Shown piece by piece: positions 1 to 12,799 of a stretch of DNA of 64,000 bases. Below the pieces are notes generated by a model. It did no database searches, was not told the DNA's origin, and was given only the letters and a program-made list of their open reading frames with translations. The first letter of the stretch is position 1, and the number at the start of each line of letters is the position of its first letter. The position numbers and the translations under genes are program-made. The DNA lies in contig NC_091287.1 of NCBI RefSeq assembly GCF_032444005.1, forward strand, positions 509,702,001-509,766,000, in the 5' to 3' direction. The stretch is from Ranitomeya imitator. Its lineage: Eukaryota.

Positions 1-60
1 GAGCTACACTTAACTAAATCGCAAGATTGGTGACATCATTGCGCCGCGCTTCAGACATTG

Positions 61-215
61 CGCTATTATACTGTGTATAGGGGAGCTGTTGGCCTATTAT
101 AGTGTGTATAGGGAAATTGTGGGGGCATTATACCGTATTTAAGGAAGCTGTGGGTGCATTATAAGTTGTATAGGAGAGCTGTGGGGACATCATATTCTGT
201 ATAGGGTAGCTGTAC
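61..215. repeat. Degenerate minisatellite (CATTATACTGTGTATAGGGAGCTGT-like), probably part of an old non-autonomous element
   Basis: Four to five diverged ~30-35 bp units visible. Confidence 0.4.
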
Positions 216-1165
216 ATTGGGTGACTCCAGCAACATTAGGTGTTAAGTGGGCACTTACAAAGTATTCTTATAGTAGAAGCACTCAAGAGTCCAGTTACCA
301 TCAAAGGTCCACAGGGAGCATTATTCTAGGACATGGTTTCTTAAGGCATTAATATTTTCTAGGGGCAATTTTACTATCTAGCGGTCACAAAGGAGGCATT
401 ACATAAGGGACACAGTGGTGGCCATCATTATGTTGGATAGCAAGAGGAGTACTGTTATTGTACCAAACAGCAGGTGCAGTAATAGGGACAAATATGGCAG
501 CAGCGGCTCAATATTGGGTTGAGAGCAGAATGTGCAGAATGTGAGAAATCAGATGTGTCTTTATTGTGTTCTCTGCAGACGAGATGTGGCCACATGAAGT
601 GGTCACATTGGTCTGGGCCAAGTGGAAGAGATGAGAAAAGTGAACGACTCCATCAGAAGGTAACTTACAGCTAACGTTCCATCTATAACTGTGCTGTAAT
701 CTCTTATGTTCTGCAGGACTGGTCTCTGCCACCATATGTCATCGTTTGGTGGCAATATTGGTGTTGGTCATTGTGTATAGATTTTTTTTTTAGTAACAGC
801 TGGTTTATTTGCCGAGGTTCCACTATACCCACCCTGGATTACCAGTTATGGGCCCACCTAGATGTTTTGCCATTTCCAAGCTGAACAGCTAGCTATGCCT
901 ATGCACAGTATACAACAAGAGCTGTGGTCACTAAGCGGAAAAAGCTTTTTCTCCGGCCACCGAACCGATTCCCGTCCGTGGACCGCAGTGCTTTGTCCAC
1001 CAGCCCAGTTTTGCAGACCTTTCAATTACTCCCTACACGGAGCACACAACATTCATGACTGATTGCTGTGGTACATACAAGAAAGGGTTAAGTCCTGATG
1101 CTGGATGAGTTCTTTGTGGGCAGAATTAATGCACACTGCGCTCCAGACCCTCTGATGACAAAGCC

Positions 1166-1263
1166 AGCAGTCAGTGTCTCCTATGTGATTTATGTACAGT
1201 AGTCTCAGTGTCTCCTATGTGACATATGTACAGAAGTCTCTGTCTCCTATGTGATGTATATAC
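1166..1263. repeat. 32-34 bp minisatellite, 3 copies
   Basis: GTCTCCTATGTGA core repeated three times. Confidence 0.8.
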
Positions 1264-2119
1264 AGCAGACATCCCGCTGCTTGAGTTTGATACATACAAC
1301 ATGAGCAGTGATGAATTTCCCTACAAAATATATTGGAAACTGTGCTTCAGACTCACCTGGAACCTGGAAGACACAGTTATGAGCGGCAACATCAATACCA
1401 CAGCTCACCAACGAGAAGCAAATTAGGGAGTGTTCATTGTTTGATCAAATATAGTGGGATCATTTTCGAGTTGACAATTTTTATGTACGGCCCCTGAATG
1501 ATGGTATATCGAAGCGGCCCTTGGCATTAGAAGGTTCCTCATCCCTGCTCTAGATTAACCCCTTCATGACCCAGCCTATTTTGACCTTAAAGACCTTGCC
1601 GTTTTTTGCAATTCTGACCAGTGTCCCTTTATGAGGTAATAACTCAGGAACGCTTCAACGGATCCTAGCGGTTCTGAGATTGTTTTTTCGTGACATATTG
1701 GGCTTCATGTTAGTGGTAAATTTAGGTCAACAAATTCTGCGTTTCTGATAAAAACGGAAATTTGGCGAAAATTTTGAAAATTTCGCAATTGTCACATTTT
1801 GAATTTTTATTCTGTTAAACCAGAGAGTTATGTGACACAAAATAGTTAATAAATAACATTTCCCACATGTTTACTTTACATCAGCACAATTTTGGAAACA
1901 AAATTTTTTTTGTTAGGAAGTTATAAGGGTTAAAATTTGACCAGCGATTTGTCATTTTTACAACGAAATTTACAAAACCATTTTTTTTAGGGACCACCTC
2001 ACATTTGAAGTCAGTTTGAGGGGTCTATATGGCTGAAAATACCCAAAAGTGACACCATTCTAAAAACTGCACCCCTCAAGGTACTCAAAACCACATTCAA
2101 GAAGTTTATTAACCCTTCA

Positions 2120-3990
2120 GGTGCTTCACAGCAGCAGAAGCAACATGGAAGGAAAAAATGAACATTTAACTTTTTAGTCACAAAAATTATCTTTTAGCAA
2201 CAATTTTTTTTATTTTCCCAATGGTAAAAGGAGAAACTGAACCACGAAAGTTGTTGTCCAATTTGTCCTGAGTACGCTGATACCTCATATGTGGGGGTAA
2301 ACCACTGTTTGGGCGCACGGCAGGGCTTGGAAGGGAAGGAGCGCCATTTGACTTTTTGAATCAAAAATTGGCTCCGCTCTTTAGCGGACACCATGTCACG
2401 TTTGGAGAGACCCTGTGTGCCTAAACATTGGCGCTCCCCCACAAGTGACCCCATTTTGGAAACTAGACCCCCTAAGGAACTTATTTAGATGCCTAGTGAG
2501 CACTTTAAACCCTCAGGTGCTTCACAAATTGATCCGTAAAAATGAAAAAGGACTTTTTTTTCACAAAAAAATTCTTTTCGCCTCAATTTTTTCATTTTCA
2601 CATGGGCAGTAGGATAAAATGGATCATAAAATTTGTTGGGCAATTTCTCCCGAGTACGTCGATACCTCATATGTGGGGGTAAACCACTGTTTGGGCACTC
2701 GGCAGGGCTCGGAAGGGAAGGCGCGCCATTTGACTTTTTGAATGGAAAATTAGCTCCAATTGTTAGCGGACACCATGTCGCGTTTGGAGAGCCCCTGTGT
2801 GCCTAAACATTGGAGCTCCCCCACAAGTGACCCCATTTTGGAAACTAGACCCCCCAAGGTACTTATCTAGATGCATATTGAGCACTTTAAACCCCCAGGT
2901 GCTTCACAGAAGTTTATAACGCAAAGCCATGAAAATAAAAAACAAAAATTTCTTTCCTCAAAAATGATTTTTTAGCCTGGAATTTCCTATTTTGCCAAGG
3001 ATAATAGGAGAAATTGGACCCCAAATATTGTTGTCCAGTTTGTCCTGAGTACGCTGATACCCCATATGTGGGGGTAAACCACTGTTTGGGCGCAAGGCAG
3101 GGCTCGGAAGGGATGGCACGCCATTTGGCTTTTTAAATGGAAAATTAGCTCCAATCATTAGCGGACACCATGTCACGTTTGGAGAGCCCCTGTGTGCCTA
3201 AACATTGGAGATCCCCCAGAAATGACACCATTTTAGAAACTAGACCCCCCAAGGAACTTATCTAGATGCATATTGAGCACTTTAAACCCCCAGGTGCTTC
3301 ACAGAAGTTTATAACGCAGAGCCATGAAAATAAAAAAAAAAATTATTTTCTCAAAAATGATCTTTTAGCCTGCAATTTTTTATTTTCCCAAGGGTAACAG
3401 GAGAAACTGGACAACAACTTTTGGCGTCAAATTTCTCCTGAGTACACTGATACCCCATATGTGGGGGTAAATCACTGTTTGGGCACATGCCGGGGCTCGG
3501 AAGTGAAGTAGTGACGTTTTGAAATGCAGACTTTGATGGAATGCTCTGTGGGCGTCACGTTGCGTTTGCAGAGCCCCTGATGTGGCTTAACAGTAGAAAC
3601 CCCCCACAAGGGACCCCATTTTAGAAACTAGACCCCCCAAGGAACTTATCTAGATATGTGGTGAGCACTTTGAACCCCCAAGTGCTTCACAGACGTTTAC
3701 AACGCAGAGCCGTGAAAATAAAAAATCATTTTTCTTTCCTCAAAAATTATGTTTTAGCAAGCATTTTTTTTGATTCACAAGGGTAACAGGAGAAATTGGA
3801 CCCCAGTAATTGTTGCGCAGTTTGTCCTGAGTATGCTGGTAACCCACATGTGGGGGTAAACCACTGTTTGGGCACACGTCAGGGCTCGGAAGTGAGGGAG
3901 CACCATTTGACTTTTTGAATACGAGATTGGCTGGAATCAATGGTGGCGCCATGTTGCGTTTGGAGACCCCTGATGTGCCTAAACAGTGGT
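2120..3990. repeat. ~390-bp tandem repeat, 5 copies, inside the piggyBac-type element
   Basis: TGTGGGGGTAAA(C/T)CACTG recurs at 2290, 2672, 3067, 3460, 3849 (periods 382-395 bp). Confidence 0.9.
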
Positions 3991-3999
3991 AACCCCTCA

Positions 4000-4107
4000 A
4001 TTCTAACTCCAACACTAACCCCCCCACACAACTAACCCTAATCCCAACTGTAGCCATAACCCTAATCACAACCCTAACCACAACCCTAATTCCAACCCTA
4101 ACCCTAA
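4000..4107 (+). repeat. Degenerate (CCCTAA)n telomere-like tract, resuming at ~4806-4832 after two MITEs
   Basis: CTAACC/CCCTAA/CAACCC units. Confidence 0.7.
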
Positions 4108-4465
4108 GGCTATGTGCCCACGTTGCGGATTCGTGTGAGATATTTCCGCACCATTTTTGAAAAATCGGCGGGTAAAAGGCACTGCGTTTTACCTGCGGAT
4201 TTTCCGCGGATTTCCAGTGTTTTTTGTGCGGATTTCACCTGCGGATTCCTATTGAGGAACAGGTGTAAAACACTGCGGAATCCGCACAAAGAATTGACAT
4301 GCTGCGGAAAATACAACGCAGCGTTTCCGCGCGGTATTTTCCGCACCATGGGCACAGCGGATTTGGTTTTTCATATGTTTACATGGTACTGTAAACCTGA
4401 TGGAACACTGCTGCGAATCCGCAGCGGCCAATCCGCAGCCAAATCCGCACCGTGTGCACATAGCC
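4108..4465. mobile_element. Harbinger/Tourist-type MITE
   Basis: TIR GGCTATGTGC(C/A)CACG at both ends; TAA TSD at 4105-4107 and 4466-4468. Confidence 0.88.
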
Positions 4466-4474
4466 TAATTCTAA

Positions 4475-4805
4475 AGGTATGTGCACACGCTGCGGAAAAC
4501 GCTGCGGATCCGCAGCTGTTTCCCATGAGTTTACAGTTCAATGTAAACCTACGGGAAACAAAAATCGCTGTGCCCATGCTGCGGAAAAACTGCACGGAAA
4601 CGCAGCGGTTTACATTCCGCAGCATGTCACTTTTGTGCGGATTCCGCAGCAGTTTTACAACTGCTCAAATAGAAAATCGCAGTTGTAAAACCGCAGTGAA
4701 ATGCGCAGAAAAAACGCAGTAAATCCGCAGCGGTTTAGCACTGCGGATTTATCAAATCCGCAGCGGAAAAATCCGCAGAGGACCAGAATACGTGTGCACA
4801 TACCG
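4475..4805. mobile_element. Harbinger/Tourist-type MITE, related to 4108-4465
   Basis: TIR GGTATGTGCACACG / CGTGTGCACATACC; TAA on the left; GCGGA/TCCGC-rich interior. Confidence 0.8.
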
Positions 4806-5084
4806 AAACCCTACCCCTAACCCTATTCTAACATTAGTGGAAAAAAAAAATTTCTTTATTTTTTTATTGTCCCTACCTATGGGGGTGACAAAGGGGGGGG
4901 GGTCATTTATTATTTTTTTTATTTTGATCACTGAGATATAATCTATCTCAGTGATCAAAATGCACTTTGGAACGAATCTGCCGGCCGGCAGATTCGGCGG
5001 GCGAACTGCGCATGCGCCCGCCATTTTGGAAGATGGCGGCGCCCAGGGAGAAGACGGACGGGACCCCGGCTGGATCGGTAAGTA

Positions 5085-5400
5085 TGATGGGGTGGGGGGG
5101 GGGGTGAATCGGAGCACGGGGGGGGGGGGGGAATCGGAGCGCGGGAGGGGTGGAACGGAGCACGGGGGGCGTGGAACGGAGCACGGGGGGGGCTGGAATG
5201 GAGCACGGGGGGGGGTGGAACGGAGCACCGGGCGGGGTGGATCGGAGTGGAGGGGGGGTGATTGGAGCACGGGGGGAGCGGACAAGAGCACGGGGGGGAG
5301 CGGAGCACTGGACGGAGGGGAGCCGGAGCAGTGTACCGGCCAGATCGGAGGGCTGGGGGGGGGCGATCGGTGGGGTGGGGGCACACTAGTATTTCCAGCC
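5085..5400 (+). repeat. G-rich minisatellite (GGAGCACGGGGGG) inside the piggyBac-type element
   Basis: Repeated GGAGCACGGG(G)n units. Confidence 0.8.
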
Positions 5401-6588
5401 ATGGCCGATGATATTTCAGCATCGGCCATGGCTGGATTGTAATATTTCACCCGTTATAATAGGTGAAATATTACAAATCGCTCTGATTGGCAGTTTCACT
5501 TTCAACAGCCAATCAGAGCGATCGTAGCCACGAGGGGGTGAAGCCACCCCCCCTGGGCTAAACTACCACTCCCCCTGTCCCTGCAGATCGGGTGAAATGG
5601 GAGTTAACCCTTTCACCCGCTCTGCAGGGACGCGATCTTTCCATGACGCATATGCTGCGTCATGGGTCGGAATGGCACCGACTTTCATGACGCAGCGTAT
5701 GCGTCAAAGGTCGGGAAGGGGTTAACAGTGTCATGAAAACATGACACCTAGACACAGGTTCTCAATCTTGATCCGAGCTAGAAACAAATGCCTCTACTAA
5801 AAAAAAAAATTAAAAAAAAATTGTACATCTGCAAGCAAATAAAACAACGCTTATCTGCCGCTGCAGTAGTGTCTCCCTGTAATTGGCTGAAGGGATCTTC
5901 TGTATGAGAAAATCCAAGAAATACCACAATAATCAAGATTAGTTACATGCAAGGAGGAACAGAAAGACACTTGTTTTCAGTGTTAACCCTCAACAACAAT
6001 GTTTGTCCAGCTGCCATTTATTTTACACAGTAGCAAGCTTAAGCCGCAAGTCATGCTCATCATTTGGTCTATGCAGAACATTGCAGGGCCCCTGCTGTCC
6101 CGCTCCTTAGGCCGGGATCACACATGCGAGAAATACGTCCGAGTCTCGCATGGTAATACTCGGCATTGCCGCCGTCTCTCTGGGGCATAGCAATACATGC
6201 AGCCGCACGCTCCGCTCCAGAGAGATGGCGGCAATGCCGGGTATTAATCTGACAGCGGTATTTAACATGTCTAATCTTGCCCATCGGCATGTGCCACATG
6301 ACCGCAGGGTGCAGATGGGTTGACATGATAAGCCTGTGGTTGTCATTGCAGAACGGCTATGAGATTAGATGATCATTCTAACTTCATCTAGCGTGTAGCA
6401 CAGGCAATCTGATGATGGTGATTCTTGAATAAAGTAAGCAGTAAAAAAAAAATGTAACAATATAAGTCTGAAAGTTAAAAATGACCCATTCAAAATAAAA
6501 CAATACAAATTAAAAATGCACATATTTGGTATTGTTGCGTCGAGATATATCCGATCTATCAAATTAATGAATTCGATCTGGAAAACGT

Positions 6589-6742
6589 NNNNNNNNNNNN
6601 NNNNNNNNNNNNNNNNNNNNNNNNNNNNNNNNNNNNNNNNNNNNNNNNNNNNNNNNNNNNNNNNNNNNNNNNNNNNNNNNNNNNNNNNNNNNNNNNNNNN
6701 NNNNNNNNNNNNNNNNNNNNNNNNNNNNNNNNNNNNNNNNNN
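6589..6742. other. Assembly gap (154 N)
   Basis: Run of N. Confidence 1.
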
Positions 6743-7450
6743 ACGCCCGGGTGGCGAGCATTTGTATTGGTATATGGTCTCCATCCTGGTATGTGCTGCT
6801 CCCATCCTGCGTCCCCATCCTGTCATGCGCTGCTCCATCCTGCGCCCCCATTCTGACATGGGCTGCTCCCATCCTGCCACACTCAGCTCTGCTACATCTT
6901 CCACACTCTGCTCTACTACTTCTGCCACACCCTGCCTGCTACATATGCCACACTCTGCTCTGACCCGCTCGGCCCCGCTGCCTCTGACCCGCTCCCTCTG
7001 ACCCGCTCGGCGCCGAGTGCTGGGGGGCCTGAGCAGGCGGGGGACACCGGCGCGCTGTGGGGGTCAGGTGCCGGTATCGCCGCCAGCTCAGGCCCCCCAG
7101 CACTTACTATATTCACCTGTCCTCCGTTCCGCCGCTGCGTGCCGCCATCTTCCCGGTCCTCTGGCTGTGACTGTTCAGTCAGAGGGCGGCGCCGGCGCGC
7201 ATTAAGCGCGTCATCGCGCCCTCTGAACTGAAGGTCACAGGCCGAGGACCGGGAAGATGGCGGCGCGCAGCGGTGGAGCGGGACAGGTGAATATAGCCGA
7301 TACTCACCCTCCTGGCGGTCCCTGACTCTCCGGTGGAGATCGCGGTGTGCGTTCAGTGTTAACGCATACCGCGATCTCCCGGGAGCATCACTCTGAGGCC
7401 CAGACTGCGCCGGCACTTGCGCAGTCTATAAAGGCTTCGGACAGAGTGAC
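6743..7450. mobile_element. GC-rich non-autonomous element fragment (hAT-like), related to 13400-14350
   Basis: GCGCGTCATCGCGCCCTCTGAAC matches the reverse complement of ~13590-13630; carries a CCCATCCTG minisatellite. Confidence 0.5.
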
Positions 7451-7484
7451 GCTTGTTTGTTGTTTTGTTTTTTGTTTTTAGTAG

Positions 7485-7816
7485 CCGCAACATTGCAATA
7501 ACAGGCAATCAAAAGATGGGATCTACCCCAAAATAGTATTAATAAAAATGTCAGCTTAGCGCACAAAAATAGGTTTTCAGCCCCAGATTCTGAAAAATGG
7601 AGACGCTACGTTTCTCTGAAATCTGAAAATGGCTCTTTTTTTCACTGATTTAAATAAAGAATTGCTTGTACATGTTTAGTATCCATGAACTTGGAATGAC
7701 CTGGGGAATCATAATGGCCGGTCAGCAAAAAAAAAAAAAAGTCAACTTGCACTTTTTTTTTCTTTCAATTTCACCGCACTTTGCATTTTATTCCTGTTTT
7801 CTGGTAAAACCAATGG
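7485..7816 (-). mobile_element. Old internal fragment of the piggyBac-type family seen at 51390-52679 (also 6247-6588)
   Basis: AAAAATGGAGACGCTACG, GAATCATAATGGC and CAATTTCACCGCACTT match the reverse complement of ~51540-51950. Confidence 0.65.
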
Positions 7817-8264
7817 TAGCAATACATGCAGCCGCACGCTCCGCTCCAGAGAGACGGCGGCAATGCCGGGTATTACCATGAGAGACTCGGACGCATTTCT
7901 CGAATGTGTGATCCCGGCCTTAGTGGTCGAAAGAGACTTATTGGGAATTTTCACTGGCTGAAAGCACATGCTTTAACCTCTTCACAACCTTGGGGGGGGG
8001 GTTGTTCAGATTTTTGCTCCCTGTCTTCTCAGGCTTGTTTATTTTTGTGATACGAGTTTTAGTTTTAAATAACAGGTCAGCTGATCAAATCATTGAAGCC
8101 AGCATTGAGTGCAGGGATACAACCTGTGATATATACACACACACACGCATATTATTGAGCGTGAAGGGATTAAAAGGCGATTCTACGTCTATCAAAAGTT
8201 TTTTCCCCATAAACAGTACCTTCCCTTTCTATGGGTTGTCATTAGTATACCACAGTTATCTTAA

Positions 8265-8899
8265 AGGGAACCTGTCACCCCGAAAATCGCGCGTGAGGTA
8301 AGCCCACCGGCATCAAGGGCTTATCTACAGCATTCTGTAATGCTGTAGATAAGCCCCCGATGTTACCTGAAAGAGGAGAAAAAGACGTTATATTATACTC
8401 ACCCAGGGGCGGTCCCGCTGCTGGTCAGGTCAGATGGGTGTCTCTGGTCCGCTGCGGCGCCTCCCATCTTCTTTCCATGACGTCCTCTTCTGATTTTCAG
8501 CCACGGCTCCGGCGCAGGCGTACTTTGTCTGCCCTGTTGAGGGCACAACAAAGTACTGCAGTGTGCAGGCGCCGGAAAGGTCAGAGGCCCGGCGCCTGCG
8601 CACTGCAGTACTTTGCTCTGCCCTCAACAGGGCAGACAAAGTACGCCTGCGCCGGAGCCGTGGCTGAAGATCAGAAGAGGACGTCATGGAAAGAAGATGG
8701 GAGGCGCCGCAGCGGACCAGAGACGCCCATCCGACCTGACCAGCAGCGGGACCGCCCCTGGGTGAGTATAATCTAACGTCTTTTTCTCCTCTTTCAGGTA
8801 ACATCGGGGGCTTATCTACAGCATTACAGAATGCTGCAGATAAGCCCCTGATGCCGGTGGGCTTACCTCACCCGCGATTTTCGGGGTGACAGGTTCCCT
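8265..8899. mobile_element. Kolobok/T2-type palindromic MITE
   Basis: TTAA TSD at 8261-8264 and 8900-8903; TIR AGGGAACCTGTCACCCCGAAAATCGCG; near-perfect 635-bp fold-back. Confidence 0.92.
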
Positions 8900-9477
8900 T
8901 TAAATCACCTGAAAAAGGATGAGCTGCAATACCAGAGACAGCAAAGGTGCATGTGGCATAGTTTGACAGTATATAAAATAGATAATAAAGGGCAAAAAAA
9001 AAAAAAAAAATGTCCACTTCATTCTTTTCAGTGAATCGCAGGAATTTACGGAATTCGAATAAAATGCGACACTTGGCACAAATCGAACATCAAAACATAA
9101 ATCAGGTCTGAACAGGCGCTTACTTAGAGTCGCCAAATCACACACAATCAAACAGATAAGGCAGCACTCTGTAGCGCTATAGCATGCAAACATAAAATAT
9201 GAAAATTGAATTGCATTACTGCACTAGAAATATGAAAAATTGAGAATGCTTAGCGCATAAATTGGCCCATATCGCCCAAAATTCACACGGTCATGCAACA
9301 CATTGCATCAGCCATAGAAGACTCACAGATCTCAGGAGCAGTCATGCAGGCATCAGATCACAAGGTATAGCAATAACCTGTATAAAAGCAAAGGCAGGGA
9401 ATGCAGCAGCCATTTTGTTGTAAATCTGGAAAGAGGACGTCACAGCTCACAGCTTAGCCATAGAGATAAACACTTAA

Positions 9478-9893
9478 GGCTAGTTTCACACTAGCATTTA
9501 TCCTGGCTGTGGAGGGTTTCGGACTTCCTCTGAAGCCCCGCCCACTGCTGCACCTCTTCGTTCAGCTCCGTCTACGGCTGCATGTGCACCCTATCTTTAA
9601 CATTGGGTACGCAGGCCATGACGCTGTATGCGGATGCCGCTGCATGCATCGTTTTGAGGGTGCGATGACCTGCGCCGAACGCAACATGTTGCATTTTCGT
9701 GAAGATGCTGCACCGTCAAAACGACGCATGCAGCGGCATCCGCATACAGCGGCATGGCCTGCATACCCAATGTTAAAGATCGGGTGCGCACGCCGCATGC
9801 AGCTGTAGGCAGAGCTGAACGAAGAGGCGTGGCAATGGGCAGGGTTCACGGAGGAAGTCCGCAGCCCGGATAAACGCTAGTGTGAAACTAGCC
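9478..9893. mobile_element. Harbinger/Tourist-type MITE
   Basis: TIR GGCTAGTTTCACACTAGC at both ends; TAA TSD. Confidence 0.9.
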
Positions 9894-10202
9894 TAAGAAA
9901 ATGTATAGACAGTGTGCAACTGGACATCACTAAAGTTTGGCATGAGGAGGAAAACCGTATCATACAGATTTAGAGGTTTTTTTTGTTTTTTTTTTACTTA
10001 TACAGCATCAGATTCTATGGCGTTTTAGACTTAATCATCACTGTCCCCATTGGGCCTTACAATCTATATTACCCATCAGTAAGTCTTAAGTGTGGGAAGA
10101 AAGTCACAAATTATTTGCAAATGTTGCTTTTTGTTGTATCCAACCCCATAAAAAGCACGTAACGCAAATACAGCGTTAGTAATGTCAAAGTAATCTCAAC
10201 AT

Positions 10203-10250
10203 AAGGGCAGCAAAGTGGCTCAGTAGTTAGCACATTTGTTTGGCAGCAGT
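10203..10250 (+). mobile_element. tRNA-derived SINE head fragment
   Basis: GGGCAGCAAAGTGGCTCAGTAGTTAGCAC resembles an A-box-bearing SINE 5' end; no B box or body follows. Confidence 0.4.
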
Positions 10251-10452
10251 ATGGGGGGGGGGGGGCTTTATTCATCTCTTCAGGTAAGTTGCAGGCTTTT
10301 CAAATTTGTGGAGAATAAAAAATTTTTGGGGAAAAAAAAAAAAAAATTATGTAAACTAGTGAATTCAAATTTCAAATCATTCCCTCCACCAACAAAGCCA
10401 GTATATGCTGCCGATACATGCCTCTTCAAATATCTAACTGGCCAAAAATATA

Positions 10453-11908
10453 CACTGCTCAAAAATAAATAAATAAAGGGAACACTTAAACAGAATATAG
10501 CTCCAAGTAAATCAAACTTCTGTGGAATCAAACTGTCCACTTGGGAAGCAACACTGTTTGACAATCAATTTCACATGGAAATGGAATAGACAACAGATGG
10601 AAATTATTGGCAATCATCAAGACACCCTCAATAAAGGAGTGGTTCTGCAGGTGGGGACCACAGACCACATCTCAGTACCAATGCTTTCTGGCTGATGTTT
10701 TGGTCGCTATTGAATGTTGGTTGTACTTTCACACTCATGGTAGCATGAGACGGACTCTACAACCCACACAAGTGGCTCAGGTAGTGTTGCTCATCCAGGA
10801 TGGCACATCAATGCGAGCTGTGGCAAGAAGGTTTGCTGTGTCTCATCTTAGTGTCCAGATTATGGAGGGGCTACCAGGAGACAGGCCAGTACACCAGGAG
10901 ATGTGGAGGGGGCTGTAGGAGGGCAACAACCCAGCAGCCTGACCGTTACTTCTGCCTTTGTGCAAGGAGGAACAGGAGGAGCACTGCCAGAGCCCTGCAA
11001 AATGACCTCCAGCACGCCACAAATGTGCATCTGTCAGCACAAACGATTAGAAACCGACTCAATGAGGATGGTCTGAGTGCCCGACGTCCACAGACGGGGG
11101 TTGTGCTCATAGCCCAACACCGTGCAGGATGATTAGCATTTGCCACAGAACAAAAGGATTGGCAAATTCGCCACTGGCCCCCTGTGCTCTTCCCAGATGA
11201 AAGCAGGTTCACACTGAGCACATGTGACAGACATGACAGAGTCTGGAGACTGATATGCAGCCTGCAACATCCTTCAGCATGACCAGTTTGGCAGGGAGTC
11301 AGTAACGGTGTGGGGTGGCATTTCTTTGGAGGGCCACACAGCCCTCCATGTGCGTGCCAGAAGTAGCCCGACTGCCATTAGGTACAGAGATGTGCTCTCA
11401 AACAACTTGTGAGACCATATGCTGGTGCGGTTGGCTCTGGGTTCCTCCTAATGCAGGACAATGCCAGACCTCATGTGGCTGGAGTGTGTCAGCAGTTCCT
11501 GCAAGATGAAGGCATTGAAGTTATGAACTGGGCTGCCTGTTCCCCAGAATTGAATCCAATTGAACACCTCTGGGACATCATGTCTCGCACCATCCACCAA
11601 CGCCACATTGCCCCCAGAATGTCCAGGAGTTGGCGGATGCTTTAGTCCAGGTCTGGGAGAAGATCCCTCAGGAGACCATCTGTCGCCTCATCAGGAGCAT
11701 GCCCAGGCATTGTAGGAGGTCATACAGGCACATGGTGGCAACACAAACACACAACTGAACATCATTTCCTTGTCTTCAGGCATTTCCACTGAAGTTGGAT
11801 CAGCCTGTAATTTGATTTTCCACTTTGATTTTCAGTATCATTCCAAATCCAGACCTCCATGGGATAGTCATTTTGATTTATATTGATCATTTTTATGTTT
11901 TATTGTTT
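10453..11908 (+). mobile_element. Decayed Tc1 transposon, right end truncated
   Basis: TA then CACTGCTCAAAAAT...AAAGGGAACACTT terminus; transposase remnants; ends at a (GA)n run with no right TIR. Confidence 0.85.
10745..11757 (+). pseudogene. Tc1 transposase pseudogene (frameshifts, stop, deletion)
   Basis: [14 protein letters not shown]..., [35 protein letters not shown] spread over different frames. Confidence 0.9.
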
Positions 11909-11986
11909 GAGAGAGAGAGAGATATTCCCCTGGCAAGAAAAGGTTTCCAGGCATGCAAAAAAAGACGGATTTCGACAGGAGCTAAA

Positions 11987-12799
11987 TGACGGAAGTGTGA
12001 AAGGTCTAACTCGCCCTGTTCCTCAGGATACCTCAGATGGCGAGGATGCCGGGGCCACCGCCCTTGCCCTGTCTCCTAATTGCAGCCCTGCGTCTGTTCC
12101 CTTCCTCGACCCGGAGAAGAGAGGCGCTACCGTGTACCGCAGTACACTAACAAGACACACAGGAGAACAAAGACAAGGGTAAAACAAAATTCCACTCACA
12201 AATATATTCTCACAAATAACAGAGGTATTCACCAGAGTGTGAAGGACGGGGGAAGAAAATAAAGCAGGTAAGGATGAGGAATTACCAAGCATACAAACCA
12301 AGCAACAGTCGCACAATAAACTCCTCCAGCTCTCCAGACATAGTAACATAGTAACATAGTTAGTAAGGCCGAAAAAAGACATTTGTCCATCCAGTTCAGC
12401 CTATATTCCATCATAATAAATCCCCAGATCTACGTCCTTCTACAGAACCTAATAATTGTATGATACAATATTGTTCTGCTCCAGGAAGACATCCAGGCCT
12501 CTCTTGAACCCCTCGACTGCGGGGGGTCGCGTAGCTAGACACCAGCTCTTCACTCTCCAGGTCTATCTAGCAAGTGCTAACTCGGACAAGGATCTGGCCA
12601 GAAGGCCTAGCTTTTATAGGAAAGGAGTGGCTAACCTAGCACAGCGGAAAGCAGGGATTTCCACATGCTCGATTAATCCCTGTCCTGCTGAAAGAAAACA
12701 AACTTAAATACACCAGAGAAGTGCTTCTTTTCAGTGGCGAAACAGGAGCCATCAGACGCTGCGGTCTTCTGGTACTGCTGTTGCGGTAACTCCGTGACA
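11987..12799. mobile_element. LTR-like sequence interrupted by a CR1 3' end; left boundary uncertain
   Basis: Ends in GTGACA (TGTCAC on minus); CTATAAAAG TATA-like motif on minus; no TSD found. Confidence 0.45.
12339..12520 (-). mobile_element. CR1 LINE 3' end fragment
   Basis: (CATAGTAA)n tail followed by GGCCGAAAAAAGACATTTGTCCATCCAGTTCAGCC, typical of amphibian CR1 3' ends. Confidence 0.75.

Larger units (their letters stand above)
1559..5721. mobile_element. Non-autonomous piggyBac-type DNA transposon (~4.16 kb, no transposase)
   Basis: TTAA at 1555-1558 and 5722-5725; termini CCCCTTCATGACC / reverse complement CCCCTTCCCGACC; internal tandem repeats. Confidence 0.8.
6110..7919. mobile_element. 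Split Harbinger-type MITE (left part 6110-6246, right part 7817-7919)
   Basis: TIR GGCCGGGATCACACA at both outer ends with TTA TSDs at 6107-6109 and 7920-7922; same family as the intact copy at 50977-51172. Confidence 0.75.

Noticed and set aside
4000-4107. True telomere or chromosome-fusion scar
   Set aside because: The tract is short, degenerate and internal to a TTAA-bounded element
4752-5450. Pro-rich and Gly-rich ORFs and a CpG-island-like stretch
   Set aside because: They derive from the G-rich minisatellite inside the piggyBac-type element
8360-8804. Mirror-image ORFs on both strands (also 28888-29238 and 51176-51458)
   Set aside because: They result from palindromic MITE or fold-back structure
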